Shown: piece after piece, positions 37,423-47,181 of the stretch | Numbering within the stretch: the stretch's first letter is position 1 | How the letters are laid out: every line of letters begins with the position of its first letter | DNA from: a virus | Lineage: Duplodnaviria; Caudoviricetes | Direction: 5' to 3' (one strand) | DNA length: 62,522 nt | Virus record (IMG/VR): IMGVR_UViG_3300032236_001596 | Span: 1-62,522 of that record | The notes under the pieces: model-generated | The model's input: the letters and a program-made list of their open reading frames with translations, nothing else | The model's database searches: none | What the model was told of the DNA's origin: nothing | Position numbers and translations under genes: made by a program

Positions 37423-39315
37423 ATGGCACAAACTGGTATTTTTGCAAGATTACAAAGATTATTTTCAACGAATGTTGTTATTCGTAATGTAGGAGGTAAT
37501 CAAATTAAAGTAATGGACGTAGATAATTTTCAAGTATCTGGTGAACTCCAAACTAATGCTTTGATTGATAGATTTAATAGAGTATATACTACATCTACAT
37601 CTTTGTATGGTTACCAATCAACCTTTACTTACCAAACTTTAAGACCCACATTATATTCAGAATATGATGCTATGGATACTGATGCTATTATAGCTTCTGC
37701 TCTTGATATTATAGCTGATGAATCTACTCTTAAAAATGGAATGGGAGAAATATTACAGATAAGAAGTAATGATGAAAATATTCAAAAAATTCTATATAAT
37801 CTGTTTTATGATGTATTAAATGTAGAATTTAATTTGTGGCCTTGGATAAGAAATATGTGTAAATATGGTGATTTCTTCTTAAAATTAGAAATAGCAGAAA
37901 AATTTGGAGTATATAACGTTATCCCTTACACAGCATATCATATAGAAAGAATAGAAGGTTCAGATCCTCAAGCGCCATCTAAGGTGATATTTAGATTTGA
38001 TCCTAATGGTATAAGTGCTTCTGGATATGGATATTTAGGTGTACCTGAAATGGTAAGAAATGATTCGGCTATTATATTTGATAATTATGAAGTAGCTCAC
38101 TTTAGACTCATTACAGATATGAACTTTCTTCCATATGGAAGATCATATATAGAGCCTGCTCGTAAATTGTTCAAACAATATACATTGATGGAAGATGCTA
38201 TGCTTATACATAGAATTGCACGTGCACCTGAAAAACGTATATTCTACATGAACGTAGGTTCTATTCCACCAAATGAAGTAGATGCGTTTATGGAGAAAAC
38301 TATATCTAAAATAAAACGTACTCCATATGTAGATCAACAAACAGGCGAATACAACCTTAGATACAATCTACAAAACTCACTAGAAGATTTCTATATACCT
38401 GTAAGAGGAAATGATGCTACAACTAAAATAGAAACAACTAAAGGCCTAGAATATACAGGTATAGAAGATGTTACTTATTTAAGAGATAAACTATTTGCAG
38501 CATTAAAGATACCTAAAGCATTTATGGGGTATGAAAAAGATCTTAATGGAAAGGCAACATTAGCTGCTCAAGATATTAGATTCGCTCGTACTATAGAACG
38601 TCTACAGCGTATAATGTTATCTGAATTGTATAAAATAGCATTAGTACACTTATATACTCAAGGCTTTACTGAAGAATCATTATCTAATTTTGAATTGTTA
38701 ATGACTACCCCTTCTATTATATATGATCAAGAAAGAATAGAATTATTAAAAGCTAAAATGGATTTAGCTACACAAATGATAGACGCTAAGTTCTTACCTA
38801 CAGATTACATATATGAACAAGTATTCCATTTCAGCGAAGCTGAATATGAAGAATATAGAGATCTTATATTAGAAGATGCTAAACGTGATTTTAGAATATC
38901 TCAAATAGAGGCTGAAGGAAATGATCCATTAGAAACAGGAAAATCATACGGAACACCACATGATCTTGCTACCCTATATGGTGGACGTGAACGTTATAAA
39001 GGTAATGAGGTTCCTGAAGGATATAATGAAGATAAAGCTATCTTAGGACGTCCTAAAGAGAGAAGTACCAACCGTAATAGCCAAGATAGTGCATTTGGAA
39101 AGGATAGAATAGGAGCAAAAGGACTTAAAAAAGATGACGATGATACTGCACATCCTTTAAAAACTAATTATAAAGGGGGTTCACCTTTAGCTCTTGAAAA
39201 TAGTAGACAAACCGGTAAATACAAAAACATACTTAAAAGTATACCAACTACTAAAAAACTAGTATATGAATCATCAGATACTCCACTGCTTGATGAAACT
39301 AATATTAAGGGATAA
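37423..39315 (+). CDS. gp20: portal protein, gp20-like
   Basis: LMEDAMLIHRIARAPEKRIFY; EDFYIP; YLRDKLFAALKIP; DIRFAR. Confidence 0.95.
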   Translation: MAQTGIFARLQRLFSTNVVIRNVGGNQIKVMDVDNFQVSGELQTNALIDRFNRVYTTSTSLYGYQSTFTYQTLRPTLYSEYDAMDTDAIIASALDIIADESTLKNGMGEILQIRSNDENIQKILYNLFYDVLNVEFNLWPWIRNMCKYGDFFLKLEIAEKFGVYNVIPYTAYHIERIEGSDPQAPSKVIFRFDPNGISASGYGYLGVPEMVRNDSAIIFDNYEVAHFRLITDMNFLPYGRSYIEPARKLFKQYTLMEDAMLIHRIARAPEKRIFYMNVGSIPPNEVDAFMEKTISKIKRTPYVDQQTGEYNLRYNLQNSLEDFYIPVRGNDATTKIETTKGLEYTGIEDVTYLRDKLFAALKIPKAFMGYEKDLNGKATLAAQDIRFARTIERLQRIMLSELYKIALVHLYTQGFTEESLSNFELLMTTPSIIYDQERIELLKAKMDLATQMIDAKFLPTDYIYEQVFHFSEAEYEEYRDLILEDAKRDFRISQIEAEGNDPLETGKSYGTPHDLATLYGGRERYKGNEVPEGYNEDKAILGRPKERSTNRNSQDSAFGKDRIGAKGLKKDDDDTAHPLKTNYKGGSPLALENSRQTGKYKNILKSIPTTKKLVYESSDTPLLDETNIKG

Positions 39316-39347
39316 AAAAATTAACATATTTATAAAAAACAGCATTA

Positions 39348-40205
39348 ATGCCTAATATAAAACATAGCAAATTCAAAAATTCAGGAATCATCTTTGAACT
39401 TTTAGTTAGACAAATCACGGCTGATGCATTATCTGGCAAAAACTCACCAGCATCAACAATATTGAATAAATATTTTGTTAATACTGAAATAGGAAAAGAG
39501 TATAGATTATATGAAACTATTTTCAAATATAAAAATATAACTGAATCTAAGGCTAATACTATACTTTCAACAGTGCTTGAAGCTTCTAAAAAACTAAACC
39601 GTACTAAACTAAAAACAGAAAAGTATAATCTGATTAAAGAACTAAAAGATCATTATAATCTAGAAGACTTATTCAAAACCAAACTTCCAGAATATAAAGC
39701 TTATGCTTCTTTATATACTTTAATAGAAATACACAATTCTACTAACAATATTGATCCATCTCAAATGATAGACAATAAATTGAATCTTATAGAATGCCTT
39801 ACTTATTCTCCTAAAGATAAGTTTAAAGAAAAAAATGAAATTCTTGAAGAATTTAAAAACTGTGATAAAGACGTTCGTGTTTTAACATATAGAATACTAC
39901 TAGAAAAGTTTAATACAAAATATGATAATTTAAGTATTAAACAAAAGAATATATTAAAAGAATTCATTAATTCTATCGATAGTACATCGCAATTAAAAGA
40001 ATTTTATAATAACGAAATTAAAGTTATTAAAAAACAACTAACAGAACGTATAAGTAAAACAAAAAATCAAGTAGTAAAAATAAAACTACAAGAAATATCA
40101 AAATTTTTAGTTGAATTGAATAAAAACGATAAAGTAAATAACGATCATTTAGTTGATTTATTACAGTATCATGATTTAATTAATGAATTGCTAAAAATAA
40201 AATGA
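39348..40205 (+). CDS. head-morphogenesis-region protein
   Basis: KHSKFKNSGIIFELLVRQI; lies between portal and protease. Confidence 0.6.
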   Translation: MPNIKHSKFKNSGIIFELLVRQITADALSGKNSPASTILNKYFVNTEIGKEYRLYETIFKYKNITESKANTILSTVLEASKKLNRTKLKTEKYNLIKELKDHYNLEDLFKTKLPEYKAYASLYTLIEIHNSTNNIDPSQMIDNKLNLIECLTYSPKDKFKEKNEILEEFKNCDKDVRVLTYRILLEKFNTKYDNLSIKQKNILKEFINSIDSTSQLKEFYNNEIKVIKKQLTERISKTKNQVVKIKLQEISKFLVELNKNDKVNNDHLVDLLQYHDLINELLKIK

Positions 40206-40666
40206 GTAAGAATAAATACAAATATAAATTAAAAGAAATATCAACTTCTGGAGGTGGTGGTGGAGGAGCCGCATCTGGAGCTTCATTTACACCCGGAACT
40301 GGTGAACAGTATGCTACTACATACGCTTTTGCAGGAGGAAAAAAAACAAATAAAAAAGGTACAAAAAATATATATTATTATAAATTAGGTTGGAAACCAG
40401 TTCCAAAAAAAATTAAAGGATCTGGCTTAGAAGTTAAGCATTTGTTTGAAGATGATAAACTTACTCCACACCAACAATTTCATAATGAAAGAATAGGTGC
40501 TTTTGATATTATTGATACCCAACTCAACAATATTTATAAGAAGATAAGTAATGCTAAAAATAAAACGATAGAATACTATAAAGATAATCCTAAATCATAC
40601 AAAATAGTAGCACCTACCGACTTTATACAAGATTACTTAAAAGATATAAATAAATTATTGTCATAA
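40202..40666 (+). CDS. putative head protein with Gly-rich segment
   Basis: LKE-ISTSGGGGG...; LFE site. Confidence 0.55.
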   Translation: MSKNKYKYKLKEISTSGGGGGGAASGASFTPGTGEQYATTYAFAGGKKTNKKGTKNIYYYKLGWKPVPKKIKGSGLEVKHLFEDDKLTPHQQFHNERIGAFDIIDTQLNNIYKKISNAKNKTIEYYKDNPKSYKIVAPTDFIQDYLKDINKLLS

Positions 40667-40677
40667 TAAAAACAAAT

Positions 40678-41817
40678 ATGAAAACTCTACAAGAACAATT
40701 CAACCTTATAAAAGAAGGAAAAGGTGCTAAAGATGTATTTTTAAAAACAGCCAAAGCTCAATTTCCTGACATGATTAGAAATGCTTCTACTTTTGAAGAA
40801 GCTACTTCAATTTTAAAACAACGCTCTGTAATATCTGAAAACTGGGGTGTTGTATGTAAACCAACTATAAATACTGATCCAAACTGGTTCAAAATATTTG
40901 AAGAAAGTGTACATGACGCCAAAATTGAAGAGAAAAAACCTACTAAAGAAGTAGTAGATCTTGAAACTAAAGGATATGATTACAAAACTAAAGAAAATAC
41001 TGATAATTTATTTGGAGCTGAATTTTTAAAAGGATACTATGCTGAAATAAAGGATCCTAAAAATGAAGAAAAAACAGTAGAACAAATAAAATCAATTGTA
41101 GCTAAAAATTTAGCTAAAGATCCACTTTACTATGTAAAAAATAGCGCTTTCGGAGTTAAAGGCATAGGATACACCAAAGACTATCCAGGATTAGGTGAAA
41201 CTAAACCAGTCAAAGGTAAACATAAATCAAGTGGATATGGTGATCTACCAAAGAAAAAATTAAATGAGTCTATTGTTACTGAAAAAATGGATCTTAACAG
41301 CTTTGAAAAAGCTTTAGAAAAAGCTAAAGAAGCATACGAGCGTAATATAGGCAAAAGTGATGAAGAATATTGGTCTAGAAAAATGGTTGACTTACTAGAC
41401 ATATATGAAAAAGAAATGGGTGAAGTTCATCCATTAACTAAAATGTTAGGAATGTCTGAGTCTATTAATGAAACTTTCAAAGTAGATAAAACATACACTC
41501 ACTTTGCTTTAAACAAAGCTAATAACAAAATTGTAACTGGATGGGATTACAAAGATACAGATCCTGAAGATATAAAAATGTATACTAAAGAAGATCTAAA
41601 AGATATGGATTTAAAACCATCAGAATATGTAATAGCTAGTGTATCTTCTTTAAAGAAAAAAGGTATAGATCCTTTTGATTGGAAAAGTTGGAAGCAAGTA
41701 GGCGAAACTATTGAGAAAAAACCAAAGTCAACTATACATACTTCTACTAAAACTGCTCTATTAAAATCAACTAAATTAAAAAACAGTATTAAAGAAGTAA
41801 TAAAAGCCTTTAAATAA
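40678..41817 (+). CDS. modular putative internal head/core protein
   Basis: NLAKDPLYY module; ISE, LNE and INE linkers; C-terminal LKNSIKEVIK. Confidence 0.6.
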   Translation: MKTLQEQFNLIKEGKGAKDVFLKTAKAQFPDMIRNASTFEEATSILKQRSVISENWGVVCKPTINTDPNWFKIFEESVHDAKIEEKKPTKEVVDLETKGYDYKTKENTDNLFGAEFLKGYYAEIKDPKNEEKTVEQIKSIVAKNLAKDPLYYVKNSAFGVKGIGYTKDYPGLGETKPVKGKHKSSGYGDLPKKKLNESIVTEKMDLNSFEKALEKAKEAYERNIGKSDEEYWSRKMVDLLDIYEKEMGEVHPLTKMLGMSESINETFKVDKTYTHFALNKANNKIVTGWDYKDTDPEDIKMYTKEDLKDMDLKPSEYVIASVSSLKKKGIDPFDWKSWKQVGETIEKKPKSTIHTSTKTALLKSTKLKNSIKEVIKAFK

Positions 41818-41828
41818 AAATAAACTAA

Positions 41829-42446
41829 ATGAAACAAACTTTAATTGAATCACGCTCATTTATACCCCAAAGTATACTTTTATCAGAAGGAAAAGTTTCT
41901 GAGAGAGGCAACCCATTAGTTGAGGGTATATTAGCAACGGTTGAAGTAAAAAACGGAAATGGCCGCTATTACTCTCGTGAAATATGGGAAAATGCCATAG
42001 GTAAATACATGGCTTTAGTTAATGAACATAGAGCATTAGGAGAACTAGACCATCCAGATTCTCAAATAATAAACTTAAAGAATGTATCACATAATATAAC
42101 TAAAATATGGTGGGATGGAGATTATATAATGGGTATAATCGAAATATTACCTACATCTTCAGGAAATATATTAAAAGCTCTTATTGAAAATAATATTACT
42201 GTAGGTGTTTCTTCTCGTGGAATGGGAAGCCTAAAACCAGTAGGAGAAGTACAAGAAGTACAAGATGATTATGAATTAATAGCATGGGATTTTGTTTCTA
42301 CACCTTCAAATCCAGGAAGCTGGATGAAACCTGTAAAAGGAAAAATGAATGAGAATTTAAATCCATCAACAACAAACAAATACGCTAAAGTTAATAGTAT
42401 AATAACAGAAATCCTTTGCTCAAAAGGACAATGCCCAATATATTAA
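41829..42446 (+). CDS. gp21: prohead protease, gp21-like
   Basis: NGNGRYYS, ALGELDHP, GVSSRGMGS and WDFVSTPS motifs. Confidence 0.93.
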   Translation: MKQTLIESRSFIPQSILLSEGKVSERGNPLVEGILATVEVKNGNGRYYSREIWENAIGKYMALVNEHRALGELDHPDSQIINLKNVSHNITKIWWDGDYIMGIIEILPTSSGNILKALIENNITVGVSSRGMGSLKPVGEVQEVQDDYELIAWDFVSTPSNPGSWMKPVKGKMNENLNPSTTNKYAKVNSIITEILCSKGQCPIY

Positions 42447-42482
42447 AATTATCCTCCTTTCTCCCCAAGCAGGACTCAAGTT

Positions 42483-42513
42483 ACCCTTCCCTAAAAAGAA
42501 GGGTTTCTTTTTT
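42483..42513 (+). terminator. intrinsic terminator
   Basis: ACCCTTC-cctaaaaa-GAAGGGT followed by a T tract. Confidence 0.65.
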
Positions 42514-42644
42514 GTGTTTTTGAAATCTCTATACATACGTATTATTATCGAATATGTCATTCTCTATGACATCAAAAAATTTATAATCCCCATTACGTTT
42601 GATTAATAAGCGTAGTTTTCCAAAACCAAAAAAAATTAGGAAAA

Positions 42645-43838
42645 ATGAACAGAGATTTTTTAAAAGAGGCTATCGCCGACGCAAAGACTGTGAAAGAATC
42701 AGCAATTGCAAATGCTAAAGCTGCTCTAGAAGAATCTTTCACTCCTCACTTCAAATCTATGTTAGCAGCAAAGCTACAAGAAATGGAAGAAGAAGAAATG
42801 GAAGAAGGTATAGACAGAAAAGCAGTAGACAAAGAAATAGGTTACAAAAAAGACAAAGAATCTGAAATCCCTACAGCTAAGAAAAAAAGCTTTACCGCTA
42901 AACATGGTGAAGACGAAGCTGCAGTAGACAAAGAGATAGGTTACAAAAAAGACAAACATTTTGATGGCAAAATGGAAGAAGAAATGGATCTAGATGAGCT
43001 TTTAAGAGAGCTTGACGCTGAAGATGAAGGTCAAATGTATGAGGGTGAAGATGAAATGTGTGAGGATGAAGAAGAATTAGAAGAATCTTTAGATGAAGCT
43101 AAAGAAGAAATGGAACCTGAAGAAGATGAAACCGAAATCGATCTTGAAGACATGACTGATGAAGACCTTAAAAGCTTTATCGAAGATGTTATAAAAGATA
43201 TGGTAGAAGCTGGTGAACTTGAAGCTGGTCATGGATCTGAAGGTGAAGAAGAATCTGAAGAAGGTGAAACTGAACTAGAAGAATACGGTGACGAACATTC
43301 TATATCTCGTGAAGATGCTTTAAAAGGTAAAATGAAAAGACATCACGAAGAAGAAGAGGAAGAAGAATTAGAAGAAGCTAAACACCACATGATGCGTCGT
43401 AAACACGTTAAACATGAGGACGAGTTAGATGAAGCTAAGAAAGCTAAGAAAAAAATGGAAGATGAAGCTAAAAAAATGAAAAAAGAATTAGATGAAGCTT
43501 ACTCTGCTATTAAAACTCTTCGTTCTGAACTTAACGAAATCAATCTTTTAAATGCTAAGTTACTTTATTCAAACAAAATCTTCAAATCAAAATCGTTATC
43601 TGAAAGTCAAAAGGTTAAAGTGTTGAATTCTTTCGATAAAGCTGCTTCTGTAAAAGAAGTTAAAATAGTATTCGAAACATTAAGCGAAAGTTTGAAATCA
43701 ACAAAAACACCATCGACTATTAAAGAAAATTTAGGACTAGCATCTAAACAAACAGGAGCTGTAAAAACTGATAGAAAACCTATAGTAGAAACAGATCTTA
43801 TGGTGAAAAGATTCCAAAAATTAGCAGGTATAATTTAA
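42645..43838 (+). CDS. prohead scaffold/core protein
   Basis: Very acidic coiled coil between protease and MCP; LNEINLLNAKLLY; C-terminal RFQKLAGII. Confidence 0.8.
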   Translation: MNRDFLKEAIADAKTVKESAIANAKAALEESFTPHFKSMLAAKLQEMEEEEMEEGIDRKAVDKEIGYKKDKESEIPTAKKKSFTAKHGEDEAAVDKEIGYKKDKHFDGKMEEEMDLDELLRELDAEDEGQMYEGEDEMCEDEEELEESLDEAKEEMEPEEDETEIDLEDMTDEDLKSFIEDVIKDMVEAGELEAGHGSEGEEESEEGETELEEYGDEHSISREDALKGKMKRHHEEEEEEELEEAKHHMMRRKHVKHEDELDEAKKAKKKMEDEAKKMKKELDEAYSAIKTLRSELNEINLLNAKLLYSNKIFKSKSLSESQKVKVLNSFDKAASVKEVKIVFETLSESLKSTKTPSTIKENLGLASKQTGAVKTDRKPIVETDLMVKRFQKLAGII

Positions 43839-43870
43839 TTAAAAAAACAAAAAACAAAATTTAAAAAACA

Positions 43871-45526
43871 ATGTCACAACTACAATCACTTTTAGAAAGT
43901 GCTAATCCGTACAAATCAGTACAAAGCGACGCAGCTAGATTAGCAAGCAAGTGGGCTAAAACTGGCCTTCTTGAAGGTTTAGCAGGAGAGCACAAAAATA
44001 ACATGGCTCTTATGTTAGAAAACCAAGCAAAACAATTAGTAAACGAAAGCTCACTCTCAGGTGGTGGTACCGCAGGCGCTACCTTTACAGCAGGAGTGGG
44101 TGAACAGTGGGCTGGTGTAGCTCTACCATTAGTACGTAAAGTATTTGGTCAGATATCAGCTAAAGAATTCGTTTCAGTACAACCGATGAACCTTCCTTCA
44201 GGTCTGGTGTTCTTCTTAGATTTCCAATATGGAACTAACGATAGCCCATTCGTAAAAGGTGGATCACTTTATGGTGATACAGGTAGCGCTAACGATCTTC
44301 CATTTGGTAACTCAAACAGTGGTGGTCTTTATGGTGCTGGTAGATTTAACTACTCTATCAACAATACATCTTCTATCATGGCTACTGCAGCTATATCTAC
44401 AGCTTCATGGTCTGACTTCAACTTTGACGCCAACTATTCAGCTTCTGCAACTGCAAACACATATAAAAAAATAGCTGTTGGTTTCCCATCTACAGCAGAT
44501 ATTAGAGGTGTTAGAGGATTTATTTTAACTTCAGGCTCTTCTATTATTACAATAGCAAACAACCTTCCAGCGTTTACTTCAGTATCAGGATATGTTCCTG
44601 CTACAGGATTTACTGCTTCATTCATAGTTACAGGTTCAGTAGTACCAAACTTTGCTACAATATCTAACGTTACTGCATCATACACACTTCAGCCTACTGA
44701 TAACGCAAGAGGTGACTTTGAAGATCAGAATACAACTCTTAACGCTAACAACAACCCAATAGCTATCCCAGAAATTAACGTTCAGTTAAGAAGTGATTCT
44801 ATCGTTGCTAAAACACGTAAGTTAAAAGCAGTATGGACACCAGAGTTTGCTCAAGATATCAACGCTTACCATTCATTGGATGCTGAAGCTGAACTTACTG
44901 GTATCATGAGTGAATATATCTCTCTTGAAATTGACCTTGAAATCCTTGATATGTTGATTGAAGCTGCTTCAGCATCTACTGAATACTGGTCAGCTGTTAA
45001 CAACACATCTATAGCATTTGATGGTACTAACACTACAATCAACGCAAGCCTTGGTTTCTACAATACTCAAGGTGGATGGTTCCAAACACTTGGTACTAAA
45101 TTACAAAAAGTAAGCAACATAATTCACCAGAAAACTCTTCGTGGTGGTGCTAACTTCCTTGTATGTTCTCCAACTGTAGCAACTATCATAGAATCAATCC
45201 CAGGATTTGCTTCTAACTCAGATGGCAATGTAACTAAATCAACTTATGCATTTGGTGTTCAAAAAGCAGGTAACTTGAACTCACGTTACACTGTTTACAA
45301 AAACCCATATATGACTGAAAATACAATATTGTTAGGTTTCCGTGGAACTCAATTCCTAGAAGCTGGTGCTGTATTTGCTCCATATATTCCACTTATCATG
45401 ACTCCTCTAGTGTACGATCCAAGTACCTTTACTCCAAGAAAAGGTCTCTTAACTCGTTACGCTAAGAAAATGGTAAGACCTGAATTTTATGGTAAGGTAT
45501 ATGTAAGTGGTTTAACTACTCTATAA
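43871..45526 (+). CDS. gp23: major capsid protein, gp23-like
   Basis: LENQ, VSVQPMNLPSGLVF, AKTRKLKAVWTPEFAQD, FAPYIPL and GLLTRY motifs. Confidence 0.97.
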   Translation: MSQLQSLLESANPYKSVQSDAARLASKWAKTGLLEGLAGEHKNNMALMLENQAKQLVNESSLSGGGTAGATFTAGVGEQWAGVALPLVRKVFGQISAKEFVSVQPMNLPSGLVFFLDFQYGTNDSPFVKGGSLYGDTGSANDLPFGNSNSGGLYGAGRFNYSINNTSSIMATAAISTASWSDFNFDANYSASATANTYKKIAVGFPSTADIRGVRGFILTSGSSIITIANNLPAFTSVSGYVPATGFTASFIVTGSVVPNFATISNVTASYTLQPTDNARGDFEDQNTTLNANNNPIAIPEINVQLRSDSIVAKTRKLKAVWTPEFAQDINAYHSLDAEAELTGIMSEYISLEIDLEILDMLIEAASASTEYWSAVNNTSIAFDGTNTTINASLGFYNTQGGWFQTLGTKLQKVSNIIHQKTLRGGANFLVCSPTVATIIESIPGFASNSDGNVTKSTYAFGVQKAGNLNSRYTVYKNPYMTENTILLGFRGTQFLEAGAVFAPYIPLIMTPLVYDPSTFTPRKGLLTRYAKKMVRPEFYGKVYVSGLTTL

Positions 45527-45557
45527 TAAGTAACATACCTTATTAGGATATAAGAAT

Positions 45558-45590
45558 AAGCCGAACAGAAATGTTCGGCTTTTCTTTTTT
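45558..45590 (+). terminator. intrinsic terminator after MCP
   Basis: AAGCCGAACA-gaaa-TGTTCGGCTT followed by a T tract. Confidence 0.85.
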
Positions 45591-45593
45591 ATA

Positions 45594-45626
45594 TTTGGTA
45601 TTCTTAATTTTTTTTAATATATTTAT
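45594..45626 (+). promoter_or_regulatory. overlapping early (TTGGTA-N17-TATATT) and late (ATATTTAT) promoter motifs
   Basis: Both motifs lie just upstream of ATG 45643. Confidence 0.55.
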
Positions 45627-45642
45627 TATATATGCTAAGAAA

Positions 45643-47148
45643 ATGAATAAGATACACAACTTAAAAGTAAAACAATACTCAATAGATGGAAATATAATTA
45701 ACATCTTTAATAATGTTACAGAAGCTTCTAAAATATATTCTAATTATAATTCTATTATTAGTTGTTGTAAAGGAAGATATAAAACAGCAGGTGGTTTTAT
45801 ATGGAGGTTTGAAAATGATGATTTTATATTATCTTCTAACAATAATAGTAACATAGAATGTGTTTGTAAAATATGTAATTCTAAAGAAAGTTTTAGATCT
45901 ATGGCTATGCATCTTAAATGGACTCATAATATTAAAACTAAAGAATATATTTCAAAATATGGTGAATTTAGGACTAAAATAATAAGTCAAAACCAAATAA
46001 AGTCTGCTTCAAAATATAAATGCAACATTTGTAGTGAACCCATGATGAGTAATAGACAACTAATGTATCATATAACTAAAAAACATAAAGATATTACTCA
46101 TAACGAATATATAATAGAACATATGTTGAATAACGAAGTTTCTAAATGTAAATGTGGGTGTGGAAAAAATACAACTATATTAAAAGCTGGAAAAAATAGT
46201 GATTTAGGAAAAGAAACATACAATAGAGACTACATAAAAGGTCATATAGACTGGGAATTTAACACATACAACCATCAATCAAAAGGAGAACTAGAAATTT
46301 TAAATTTCATAAAATCAATCTACCCAGGAGAGATAAAATGTTCTGAAAAAAATATAATAAAAAATAAAGAAATAGATATCTTTATACCTGAAAAAAACAT
46401 AGCAATAGAATATAATGGATTATATTGGCATTCTACTAAAGTTCGAGAAGATAAAAATTATCATTTATATAAAACTATAGAATGTAATAAAAAAGGGATA
46501 AGATTAATTCAAATATTTGAAGATGAATGGTTTAATAAAAAAGATATAGTAAAAAGAAAAATAACATCAATATTAGGGTGTAATAATAATAAAATATATG
46601 CTCGTAAGTGTGTAATAAAAGAAATAACAGACACTAAAATAAAAAATATTTTTTTAAATGAAAACCATATACAGGGTGAAGATAAATCTAAAATAAAGAT
46701 AGGTTTATATTATAAAGATGAATTAATATCAATAATGACATTCTCATCTCCTAGAATGATGATGAAAGGTATAAAACATACCCAAACATATGAACTATCC
46801 AGATATGCTACTAAATATCATATAGTAGGAGGTGCTTCTAAATTATTACAATATTTTATAAAAAAATATAATCCCCAAAACATATATTCATACTCTGATA
46901 ATAGATGGAGTGACATGAACAGTAATATGTACTCTAAAATAGGATTTGTAAAAGAAAAAGTTAGTGGACCTGGATATTATTATACTAAAAATTTCACTGA
47001 AAGAATACATAGGTTTAATTTTTCAAAGCAAAATTTAAAAAAAATGGGTATAAACATAGAAGGAAAAACAGAATCTAAAATAATGGAAGAACAAGGATAT
47101 TACAAAATATGGGATTGTGGTGTAACTAAATACACTATGGTGTTGTAG
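45643..47148 (+). mobile_element. free-standing endonuclease: NUMOD1 + C2H2 Zn fingers + PD-(D/E)XK (Vsr/Hef-like) + Mom-like GNAT domain (start corrected from 45571)
   Basis: IISCCKGRYKTAGGFIW; CxxC..H..H twice; EIDIFIPEKNIAIEYNGLYWH; YARKC; GGASKLL..YSD..YSKIGF..IWDCG. Confidence 0.7.
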
Positions 47149-47181
47149 ATTTATATTTCTTAACATATTTATAATAAAAAA

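Noticed and set aside
35635-45526. Introns or inteins in terminase, portal or MCP
   Set aside because: ORFs are continuous and of ordinary length, with no intein motifs seen
45571-45642. Hydrophobic N-terminus (MFGFSFLYLV...) as a signal peptide on the endonuclease
   Set aside because: It is a translation of the terminator T-tract and promoter; the real start is probably 45643
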